Below, one piece after another: positions 47,888 through 60,500 of a DNA stretch of 64,000 nucleotides. The notes beneath the pieces were generated by a model. It was not told the origin of the DNA. It saw only the letters and a program-made list of their open reading frames with translations, and did no database searches. This DNA comes from Macrostomum lignano. Its lineage: Eukaryota. The position numbers and the translations under genes were made by a program. The stretch's first letter is position 1, and every line of letters begins with the position of its first letter. The stretch is from positions 62,001 through 126,000 of the forward strand of contig NIVC01002054.1 of NCBI GenBank assembly GCA_002269645.1, in the 5' to 3' direction.

Positions 47888-50800
47888 CTACTGGCTGATT
47901 GCTGAGCTGAGTTTCTCGACCTGCAAATTTTATTTTAAGTTAATTTGCAGGTAAACAGTGCAAATACAGTATAATATTTATATTCCTACCGACGTTATGC
48001 AAATTCAGAAACGAAATAAAAATGTCAATATTTCTACTTACAGTAGACTGGTTACCTAAACTTAAAAAAATTAAGGTTAAACAAAATAATAATCAATTAA
48101 AATACGACTCACCCATTCAGTGGCCAGCTTAGGCGTATTAGCGTACAATCGAATCACTCGTTGATTAGATTTCACCAATTCAAAGAAGGCCGCCTCCGGC
48201 ACTTTGCTCGGCGCGCCGGCCGGAGCGCGGCCGGACAGTCGGACAGAGTGCAACTCGGCCAGGCTGAGTTCGGACGCCCGGCTGCCCGACGGGTCACGAT
48301 GAGCGTCCCAATAGCGCAGTTGATGACGCACCGGATCGAGAACGAACTGCCTAGGCGCCCACTGTTTGAGCAGCTTTCCCTGCTTGTGCAGCGTCGCTTC
48401 GAGACTGCCAGACCCCAGCGTCGGTTTCGTAGAAAGCGGCATTGTTGACATTGTCGACGACGGTCGTTTAGGCGGCGGCGGACGAATCGGCGGTCGCTGC
48501 GGAGCAGCCACAAACGGGGAGGCGGCAGATTCGACATCTTCGGGTGAAGTTCTGGTCGGTTCCGGTGCTGAAGGAGTCAAAATCTGCGGCGGCGGAGGAC
48601 GAACTGGCGGGGTTGGTCCTGACACCACCGATGCTGCCATCCCTGCCGCTGTTGTTGTGCTGGCCGCCGTTGATGTCACCGGTGTTGCAGCTGCAGAGGT
48701 GTTCAACAGTGCTCGTGAGAGCAGTTGCCGACTCTGGTCGATGTGCCACCGCTTGGCAGCGATCGCCGCCGCTGCCGCGTTTGCGTCTCCGCCGTCGGCG
48801 CCGCCTAAGGCAATTAACGCCGACGGACTATTTTGTCGACGTCTTCGTCGTTGGTGCCGTAGACGAATCGACGTCGCCTTACGATGCAGTCGATGCCAAA
48901 CGTCTAGACAGTCGATACCATTGATGGCGGCCAGCTCTTCAATAGCGGAGCCCAGCTTGGATGCACCGTCGGCATAGTAGTTGTAGCCTAGTTCGACCTC
49001 TTCATCGACGGCCTGTTGCTGTTGCTGTTGACGATCCAATTGCTGTTCGGCAGCTGCAGCCGCTTCGGCTGCTACGGCGGCGGCGTCTTTCATTGACGAA
49101 GCTGATTTGGCTTCGGTGGCGGCCAGGTGCCAGCGACGCTCCTGGCTGTACAGATCTGGGTCTGCGCTGGCACCGTAGGCGGCCTCTTCGCGAGTGAAAT
49201 AGGTCCATCTGGATTTGTGAAAAAAACAGGGAATCCATTCACGTCTGGCGTGATTCTATTGGCTGTTAGGAGCTGGCGTGATTCTATTGGCTGTGCGGTG
49301 CTGGCGTGATTCTATTGGCTGTACGGGGGTGGCGTGATTCTATTGGCTGTTAGGAGCTGGCGTGATTCTATTGGCTGTGCGGTGCTGGCGTGATTCTATT
49401 GGCTGTACGGGTGTGGCGTGATTCTATGGCTGTGCGATTCTATTGGCTGATAGGAGCTGGCGTGATTCTATTGGCTGTGCGGGGCTGGTGTTATTCTATT
49501 GGCTATTCCTTATCTGTGATTTCAGAAATTGCATTTGTATACCGTTGAAGCAGGGCCTGAGCAGTCACAGGTCGCAGCACAGCTGTCAGTCTCTGCTGTT
49601 TATTTTGTTTTCTACTTTGCCGATTAGCCGAGCCTTCGCCAGCAGCAGCCGCAGCCATTTCGGGAGCGTAGGCAAGATTTAGATATGCAGTAGATACTGC
49701 CATTTGCGTGTCTAAATAAGCCCAAAAATCTGCGCTACCAATATCCGCATAGAGCCTATCGAGTTCGCAATTTCCTAGAAAGTTTGCAAATCTGCAGCCG
49801 ACAGTGTGATAGGCCAAAGTAAGCAGGAAGTGCTGATTGAATTCAAACGACAACGGGAACTGATGAAGCAGCTGGTGGACGGAGTCTAGGAATAGGAGAA
49901 ATACGGGCGCGAAGTGGCCGCTCTCGGGGCCTTTTAATCGGCCAAATCTGAAGCAAAGAAAAGAAATTATCTTTTATTTAACGGAAGTACCTATGTAGCT
50001 ACCGGAATAGCCTATTTAGCTACTCAAATGCCCGCAAATACTTAGCTACCTGATATGCGCCTATGTAGCTAGCTAACGTGCCCATTCAGCCACCGCAAGC
50101 GCCATTCTAGCAACCGGAAGGGCTATTCTAACCACCGAAGTGCCATTTTAACAACCGGAAGCGCCATTCTAGCAATCGGAAGGGCTATTCTAACCACCGA
50201 AGTGAAATTCTAGCAACCAAAAGGGCTATTCTAACCACCGAAGTGCTATTCTAGCAACCGGAAGGGCTATTCTAGCAACCGGAAGGGCCATTCTAGCAAC
50301 CGGAAGCGCCATTCTAGCAATCGGAAGGGCTATTCTAGCAACCGGAGGGCTATTCTAGCAACCGGAAGGGCCATTCTAGCAACCGAAAGGGCTATTCTAA
50401 CCACTAAAGTGCTTTTCTAGCAACCGAAAGGGTTATTATAACCACCAAAGTGCCATTTTAACAACCGGAAGTGCCATTCTAGCAACCAGAAAGGCCATTC
50501 TAACCACCGAAGTGCCATTTTAACTACCGGAAGCGCCATTCTAGCCACCAAAGTGACAGTTTGAATATATAATGACTACAAAGTGCCTATAATGTAAGCA
50601 CCATTATAGCAACCGGAAGTGCCCCTACTAGCCTCCGGAAGTGCTATTCTAGCAACCGGAAAGGACATTCTAGCAACACTAATGCCACTCTAGCCACCGG
50701 AAGTGTCATTTTAGCCACAAAGTGCTATTCCATGAACCAGAACTAGAACAGATATCCCCTACCGGAAGTGCCAATGCCAATACTTTCCCACCTGGCATCA

Positions 50801-53800
50801 AACTGATGGCCAAACAGCAGCCAGTCCTTCTCCAACAGAGATCGAAAACCGGCAATAGTTCGGTAGTGCTGATCGAGCATGATCTGCGACAGCGACAGCA
50901 CGGCAGCGGTGGAATCCCAGCCATCTTCCAGCGCCAACAGAACCGAGCGAGCCTGACAAGCCACAAGATTTACAACAGCACCGGCTAAATCCAATAGGCA
51001 TTGCACTAAATTCAACCATTTGGTGTCTTCAAAGGCGTGTAGGAAGCTTTTCTTAGATTTGCCGGCCCCGCCGGTGGTCGAATAGAGCGGTAACGGTTTG
51101 CCAGGTAAGCAGACTTTAATTAGACGCTTGTACGAGTCGCGAATTGCGTGAGCTGTTGGATAATCGTCTATTGGTACCAGTTCTGCGCCTTCAATACGGT
51201 GAGCACGGATCTGCGGGTTCAGCAGCATTGATGACAATAATATAGTAGAGGAAAACACTGACAGATATTCTAGAGAATAGGTGCGCTATTGGCTTAAATA
51301 GAGGGGAGGATTACGGATTTGAAATCGGGATTCGGTTTGGAGAGATTAGAGATAGGGAATAGAGAGATTAGATTAGATAGCTATGGACTGGGGAAATTAG
51401 ATAATGGGATTGAAGGGATTAGAGATCAGGATTGAGGTGAGAAGGTGAGGTGAGATTAGAGATGAGAGATTCAAATTAGGATTAGATAATGAGATTGGGG
51501 GATTAGAGATTTGGATTAGAGAGATTAAATCCTGGTACTGCAGAGATTAAACAAAAAAATCAAGATTAGACATTGAGATCAGATCAAGTTGAGTTGGATC
51601 GCGGACAGAAGCATACTGTGTAATCCATATTCAAAATGACTATTATATTTTTTAAATTTGCCAACGCACCTTAGCAACAGCCGATCGATCAGTGAATATG
51701 TATAGATGAATTTTTGTTTGACTGCCGGAGCCAACAACCGGCTCAAGACTGGAGCTGGACAGGCGAGAGTCCGGGCCCATTGATGCCGGAGACCTGCTGC
51801 CTGTAGAGGGCAGTGTGGGGATGAGGGATTTTTATAGATTTATATACATAATTAATTGCTCTCTTCAGGAGTACAGAGTGTGTAACATTTTAATTTGACA
51901 TCTCCCTATCTCACAATTCATCTTTTTCATATCACTGTTAATCTCACTCCCCGAATCTCACTGTCAATCTCACCCAAATCTCAGTGTCAACGTGACATAA
52001 ATCTCACTGTCAATCTCACCCAAATCTCACTGTCAATCTGACCCAAATCTCACTGTCAACGTGACATAAAACTCACTGTCAATCTCACCCAAATCTCACT
52101 GTCAATCTGACCCAAATCTCACTGTCAACGTGACATAATTCTCACTGTCAATCTCACCCAAATCTCACTGTCAACGTGACATAATTCTCACTGTCAATCT
52201 CACCCAAATCTCACTGTCCATCTCACCCAAATCTCACTGTCAATCTGACTCAAAATCTCTGTCAATTTGACTCGAAATCTCACTCGCAATCTCTCCCTGA
52301 TTTCACTCCCCAAATCTCACTGTCAATCTCACCCAAATCTCACTGTCAACGTGACATAAAACTCACTGTCAATCTCACCCAAATCTCACTGTCAATCTCA
52401 CCCAAATCTCACTGTCAATCTGACTCAAAATCTCTTGTCAATTTGACTCGAAATCTCACTGTAAATTTCACTCCAAATCTCACTCGCAATCTCTACCTAA
52501 TTTCACTCCCCAAATCTCACTGTCAATCTGACCCAAATCTCACTGTCAACGTGACATAAATCTCACTGTCAATCTCACTCCCCAAATCTCACTGTCAATC
52601 TCACTCCCCAAATCTCACTGTAAATCTCACTCCCCAAATCTCACTGTCAATCTCACCCAAATCTCACTGTCAATCTCACCCAAATCTCACTGTCAATCTC
52701 ACCCAAATCTCAGTGTCAACGTGACATAAATCTCACTGTCAACGTGACATAAATCTCACTGTCAATCTCACTCCCCAAATCTCACTGTCAATCTCACCCA
52801 AATCTCACTGTCAATCTCACCCAAATCTCAGTGTCAACGTGACATAAATCTCACTGTCAACGTGACATAAATCTCACTGTCAATCTCACCCAAATCTCAC
52901 CCAAATCTCACTGTCAATCTCACCCAAATCTCACTGTCAATCTCTACCAAAATCTCACTGTCAATCTGACTCAAAATCTTACTGTCAATTTCACTCCAAA
53001 TCTCACTCGCAATCTCTCCCTAAATTTCACTCCCCAAATCTCACTGTCAATCTCACCCAAATCTCACTGTCAATCTCTACTAAAATCTCACTGTCAATCT
53101 GACTTAAAATCTCACTGTCAATTTCACTCCAAATCTCACCCGCAATCTCTCCCTAAATTTCACTCCCCAAATCTCACTGTCAATCTCACCCCAACTCTCA
53201 CTCCAAATCTCACTGTCAATCTGACCCAAATCTCCCTGTCAGCGTGACATAAATCTCACTGTCAATCTCACCCAAATCTCACTGTCAATCTCACCCAAAT
53301 CTCACTGTCAATCTCACCCAAATCTCACTTTCAATCTCACTCCCCAAATCTCACTGTCAATCTGACCCAAATCTCACTGTCAATCTGACCCAAATCTCAC
53401 TGTCAATCTGACCCAAATCTCACTGTTAACGTGACATAAATCTCACTGTCAAATAAATATTCAAATAAATACTGATTGATTGGCGTACAGAATTTAATTG
53501 ATAAAACGCACTTCATTGACGCAGTCGCAAAAAATTAGAGTTGCGCCAATTTAAAAGTTGACTTATAAAATTATTGTTTTAAAACACGTAGACCTGTTAC
53601 GGTTTCTAAGAAACGTTCAAAATAAGCTTTAATTATTATATTATTAAATAACCAATCGATTTAAAAATTATTCTGTCCGACTAACTTCGTTAAATACTCG
53701 AATTTTGACTACAACTACTAGCTTTGATTTATACTACTTAGCTGCGTAGAAAATTAGTAGTACTTATAAATTTATATTGTAGTTTATACGATAAAATTAA

Positions 53801-56800
53801 ATCGTATTTGTAAAAGAATTAATCCGCTAGGAAGCAAACTACATGCGATACGGATATTGGTAAATATTGTAATATAGTCAATATTAATATTTCAATACCA
53901 AAGTTAAGCGTTAGATTCTTGTTGTTACGGTTAGATAATCCAAACGAAGAGCTCGCATCGCCACTAAGGGTTAGAGATCTGCCTAAATGATTAGCTTCAT
54001 CAGCCTCCAATTTAGGCAGCTTCCCAGCATATTGATTTCTGTTAGGCTTGTTAGAAGCTCGCCGACGCGCTTTATGATCCCGTCGAGTTGGTGTCGCCGT
54101 AGCGGCAGATTTCTTACGCCGTATTGTGGCAAAAAAGTTTCTTGTCCGTCTGATTGTGAGATTGAAGCTCTCAGATTCTGCGTGACAGTGATCATTTCAC
54201 GGCGGTAGTTTGGAATTGAATCACAGAATGTAGTAATTGATTATAACATATTGTGCGGCAAAACTGCTAGATTAGTTAATTGTTTATATAGATAAAAGCA
54301 TGTGCAATTTAAGCTACTGATCAATATTAGTAGTATTTAGAATTTATTCATTTATTTCACTCACAATCTTCCAGTAAAGTCGAACTAAGAAAAATAAACT
54401 ATTTTCGGCGCCCCATAGAGTAGTTTGGCGCTGTACAGTCTATTATAATGCCAATATTACTAATCTGGTGCCCTATAGACTATATTGGCGTCAATATGAC
54501 TAATCTGGCGTCCTATAGACTATTTAGGCGCCAATATGACTAATCTGGCGCCAATATGACTAATCTGGCGCCCTATAGTCTATTATAACGCCAATATGAC
54601 TATTTTAGGCATTTGATCAATATGATCATTTTAGGCACCAAAATGATTATTGACTAATATGGCGCCCTATAGTCTATTATAACGCCAATATGACTAATCT
54701 GGCGCCCCTATAGGCTACTTTTGGCGCCAATATGACTAATCTGGCGCCCTATAGACTATATTGGCGCCAATATGACTAATCTGGCGCCAATATGACTAAT
54801 CTGGCGCCCTATAGACTATTTAGGCGCCAAAATGATTATTGACTAATATGGCGCCCTATAGTCTATTATAACGCCAATATGACTAATCTGGCGCCCCTAT
54901 AGACTACTTTTGGCGCCAATATGACTAATCTGGCGCCCTATAGACTATATTAGCGCCAATATGACTAATCTGGCGCCCTATAGACTATATTGGCGCCAAT
55001 ATGACTAATCTGGCGCCAATATGACTAATCTGGCGCCCTATAGATTATTTAGGCGCCAAAATGATTATTGACTAATATGGCGCCCTATAGTCTATTATAA
55101 CGCCAATATGACTAATCTGGCGCCCCTATAGACTACTTTTGGCGCCAATATGACAAATCAGGCGCCCTATATACTATATATACTATTTATACTATTGGGC
55201 GCCATAAATTAGATTAATATGGCGCCCAATAGTCTATTATAGCGCCGATACGACTAATCTGGCGCCCTTTAGACTATTTAGGCGCGAAAACGACTAATCT
55301 GGCGCCCTATAGTCTATTATAGCGCCGATATGACTAATCTGGAGCCCTGTAGACTGTTTCTGGCGCCAATTCAGACTATTATAGCGCCACTAAGACATTT
55401 TTAACGCTAGTAAATCCATTTCAGGTAGTTTTTTAAAAGAAAACATTTTCTTCTATAGTAGTTAAGGATACTTCATTAGCAGGAAGATATAAAAAGCAGA
55501 GAAACCATCAGAGCCGATACGATTGCAAGCATGTAGGCAGTAAAAAGCGACGCGCAGTAGTGGCCCACTTAGCCAAACCCGAACACGCAACACAGTTCGA
55601 ATTTAGGAACAAAATGGACACTAAAAGCTTTGAAAAACTGATAACTTCACCTCTCGTCAATCCAGAGCCTTTAGCAGTGAATAGCAGCACAGAACGAAGG
55701 CTTTTAGACAAGCCGGAATGCCTAGACGAAGCTACTACTGTGGTCAGTAGTGACGATTGTTGTTTCTGCTGCTGCGTCATAGCCGACAACTGACTGCAGC
55801 GAGGCAGGGTACTACTACTACTATTACTAATAACAGTACTATAAGTAGTAGTTGTATTGAAGTGAACCGAGGCTCTGGGGCTAGCACTTGCAATAGCAGC
55901 ATCGCTCGGCGCTAAAAGTACACAATTATATTCATATAAGTAGAACGCATGCATATATTAATATAGGTATAGATGCATATTAACCAAATTTTAATGGTTA
56001 CAACAGCTCTGTCCCGACACCTTTAAGCCCACGAAATAATTAAAGTTTGACAACATAAAAAAAACAACACAAATAATCAATAGCGAGATGTGTAACAATG
56101 CATTTTAGTAGCAAGAAAGAAAATTTACGCAATTAGGCAGTTCAAACTAGTGAAATGGTATAGTTTTTTTACAACAAAAGACCAATTAGAGGACTAACAC
56201 TGGACCAATTAGAGGACTAATAAAGGACCAATTAGAGGACTAATAAAGGACCAATTAGAGGACTAATAAAAGACCAATTAGACAACTAATACTAGAACCA
56301 TTAGAGGACTAATAAAAGACCAATTAGAGGACTGATAAAGGATCAATTATGGGACCAATTAGGGACCAGTTAAAGAACTAACAGAGGACCAATTATGGGA
56401 AAAATAAGGACCAATTAGAGGACTAATAAAAGATCAATTAGAGGACTAAAACTGGACCAATTAGACGACTAATAAATGATCAATTATGGGACCAATTAGG
56501 GACCAGTTAAAAAACTAACACAAGACAAATTATGGGACCAATAAGGGACCAATTAGAGAACTAACGAAGGACCAATTATGGGACCAATAAAGGACCAATT
56601 AGAGAACTAACGAAGGACCAATTATGGGACCAATAAGGGACCAATTAGAGAACTAACAAAGGACCAGTTGTGGGACCAATAAAGGAGCGACCAGAAAAAC
56701 CAAGCTAACAAAATAGCAATTTAAAATGCAGACAATGAAATCATGACTCACTCTTCAGCTTAGCAGCCCCACTCCGTACGGAGCTAAACAGTCGATCCAG

Positions 56801-57312
56801 TTGATTATTGCCTCCGCCTCCGACACCGACGCCGTGACCTCGACGTCTCGACGAAAAGTCGTTAATCCCGTCGCCTCTGTCTTGACGACTGTCGACAATA
56901 TCGGACAGGCCTGAGGAGTCCTCTTCTAGCATCGGCGACAGCGGCTGCTTGTCAACACCAGCAGAGGACGGCCCAGCTGCTGCCTCGTCGCCGACTTCAA
57001 CTCCTGGAGCTTCTTCTACATCGTGATATTCATCGTTCGAGTCCGAGTTTGACATCGGAGGCTCGTTCGACACGCTGGAGTCACCGTCATCCCCATTGTC
57101 GCCGACTGGTGCAACAGCAGCCGCCAAGATTTCTTTTGAATCGTCCGCCAATTCGTCGCCTTCGGACAGGGCGTCGGCGGAGCTTTGGATGGCGTCATCG
57201 GCGGCGGCGTCGTGGTTGGACCCGGTGGCGATGCAGCCGGCTAGGGAGCTGGCGTGGGCGCAGGCTGACAGAGCCTGGAATAGGCGCTCCTGCGGCGTTA
57301 GGGGCGGTGAGG

Positions 57313-57344
<32 letters not shown>

Positions 57345-57407
57345 TAGTGACTTAGTGTCTGTCTGTCTGTCTGTATGTCTGTCTGTCTGTCCGTCTTAGT
57401 GACTTAG

Positions 57408-57444
<37 letters not shown>

Positions 57445-57511
57445 GCCCGTCTTAGGGATTTAGTGTCTGTCTGTCTGTCTGTCTGTCTGTCTGCCCGTCT
57501 TAGGGATTTAG

Positions 57512-57552
<41 letters not shown>

Positions 57553-60500
57553 TTCTGTCTGTCTGTCTGCCTGTCTGTGTTCGTGTCTGTCTTGATGTCT
57601 ACCAGTGTCAGTGTCTTCAAACAGCCAACAAGGCCTCACCTGCTCCTCAGAGAATCGACCAACTTCAGCTCCATCAGCAGCTGCCGTAGTGCCGCCCCCA
57701 ACGCTGCCAAGTCCACCAGCCCAGGCCAGACTTTTGCCTTGAAACGAGCCGGATCGGAACAGCAGCGCGCCGTTGCTATGGCAACGCCAGACAACAACGG
57801 GAAAGCGGCACTGTCTATGAGCTTTAGTTAACCGGCGCAGCGATTTGTCTGTGACAGCCCTGGGCACAATGAGCACGGCAGGATAGGAGGAGACCAGATC
57901 GTGCTCAAAATTGGCGCAACAAATTCTTAGACAGATGGCATCTGTCAGCTGCTTGCCAAGGAGGCCCAGCCGGTGCAGGTCTTCGTAGCCGGGCGTTTCC
58001 AGGGTGTCGCGAAGGAGCTCCGAGGTTGGTCGGGAGGGCTGGTGGTGCCGGCTGGTAGCGCCGCTGTAGCCGGAGAACCGGGCTGCGATGGCTGCGTTGG
58101 GGATGGGAGTTTTCTAAAGATAATTTCGTGGGAATTTCAGAGCGATATTTAAAAGGAATTCAGAGCGAAATTTGAGGGGAATTCAGAGCGGTTTTTTAGG
58201 AGAATTCAGAGCAAAATTTAGGGGGAATTCAGAGCAAAATTTAAGGTGAATTCAGAGCAAAATATGAGGAGAATTCAGAGCGAAATGTAAGGGGAATTCA
58301 GAGCGAAATTTGAGGAGAATTCAGAGCGAAATGTAAGGGGAATTCAGAGCGGTTTTTGAGGAGAATTCAGAGCAAAATTTAAGGGGAATTCAGAGCGGTT
58401 TTTGAGGAGAATTCAGAGCAAAATTTAAGGGGAATTCAGAGCGATACTTGAGAGAATCCAGAGCGATTTTTGAGGGGAATTCAGAGCGATTTTTAGGAGA
58501 ATTCAGAGCAAAATTTAAGGGGAATTCAGGGCGATATTTAAGAGGAATTCAGGACGATATTTGAGGGGAATTCAAAACGAAATGTAAGGGGAATTCAGAG
58601 CAAAATATGAGGAGAATTCAGAGCGAAATGTAAGGGGAATTCAGAGCGAAATTTGAGAAGAATTCAGAGCGAAATGTAAGGGGAATTCAGAGCGGTTTTT
58701 GAGGAGAATTCAGAGCAAAATTTAAGGGGAATTCAGAGCGGTTTTTGAGGAGAATTCAGAGCAAAATTTAAGGGGAATTCAGAGCGATACTTGAGAGAAT
58801 CCAGAGCGATTTTTGAGGGGAATTCAGAGCGATTTTTAGGAGAATTCAGAGCAAAATTTAAGGGGAATTCAGGGCGATATTTAAGAGGAATTCAGGACGA
58901 TATTTGAGGGGAATTCAAGGCGATATTTAAGGGGAATTCAGAGCGATATTTAGGAGGAATTCAGGGCGATATTTGAGGGGAATTCAGGGCGATATTTAGG
59001 GGAATTCAGAGCAAGACTTAAGAAACATTCAGATCGATATTTAAGGGGAATAAAAGGGCGATATTCGAGGGAAATTAAGTGTGAAATTCCGGGAGAATCT
59101 AGGGAAATATTATATGGGAACTCAGGCAACTCTTTAGAGAGCTATGATTCCTTCTTAATTAAAGAGGGTTAATTACCCTAACCCTCCAATAGTAACTTTT
59201 TAAGAATTTTCGAAGCAAATAAAACATTTTTAAAGCGATTCTTAGAAATCAATTTCAACGTGACTAAAATGGTTTACAACAACTGACTAACCACCCTAAC
59301 CCTAGATTTAATCGTTGGCAGGTCACTGTGGTGCTCCTAAGCGATTACAAAAGATTATAAAGAAGTGCTAAGTGATTACCCTCATCACTATCGTGCATTG
59401 AGCTTCTCTCCGACCCGGGAATGGCGGCAGAACCCGGTGCCGCCGGCGATGGCGGAGGTCGCAGACTGCTTCGCCACTGATGCTCCTGCTGATGCTGCCG
59501 GTGCGAGCTGACCCCAGCGGCGCCAGGCCGAAGAGTCATCAATTTATTAGCGGCAGCGTGTGCCGCACTAGTAGTCTGTTTGGCAAGTCTTCGCCTAAAA
59601 TTATGTCAGTTTGTTTAACACATTTATTTACACCGGAAGAAAAAACTCAATTGTTGACCAGAAGTCATAACTTTGGTCTTGAGAGCCGAGATACGCTTGA
59701 CCGGAAGTAATATTGAATGCTAAAAATGCACATAAGAGCCAAATGATGACAACTAATTACCGAAGTGGGAGATTACATGTAGAATCAACCAGCATTAACT
59801 AATTACCGGAAGTGAAGGATTACATGTAGAATCAACCAGCATTAACTAATTACCGGAAGTGAGAGATTACATGTAGAATCAACCAGCATTAACTAATTAC
59901 CGGATGTGAGGGATTACATGTAGAATCAACCAGCATTAACTAATTACCGGAAGTGAGGGATTACATGTAGAATCAACCAGCATTAACTAATTACCGGATG
60001 TGAGGGATTACATGTAGAATCAGTCAGCATTAACTAATTACCGGAAGTGGGGGATTACATGTAGAATCAGCATGAACTATGAATAATTACCGGAAGTGAG
60101 GGATTAAATGTAGAATCAGCATGAACTATGAATAATTACCGGAAGTGAGGGATTAAATGTAGAATCAGCATGAACTATGAATAATTACCGGAAGTGAGGG
60201 ATTAAATGTAGAATCAGCATGAACTATGAATAATTACCGGAAGTGAGGGATTAAATATAGAGCCAGCAAGCACTAACACACAAAAGGAGACCGGAAACGG
60301 ATGATTTCATGTAAAACTCACGTGAGAGTATAGGGCTTCGAGTGCAACTTTTTAGGTTTCTTGATTTTCACGCCGCCGCTACTTCCGGCTCCAGTTCCGG
60401 TGGCCGACGCTTCCATGGCAGTTGTCGGCAAAGCCGCCGCCGCCGCCGACGCTGTGACCGGCAGCGGAGTGTCGGCAAATTCGTCGTCCAGATCACCGAC

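Noticed and set aside
48077-48112. ORF-track C-terminus VSRILIDYYFV* as the main SBF end
   Set aside because: A strong donor TGG|GTGAGT and a downstream exon VEKLSSAISQ* fit SBF homologues better; kept only as a possible retained-intron isoform
48161-49309. Long + strand ORFs opposite SBF exons (also opposite exons at 57-58 kb and 60-63 kb, and opposite ABCG exon 1)
   Set aside because: Antisense shadows of GC-rich coding exons with no independent motifs
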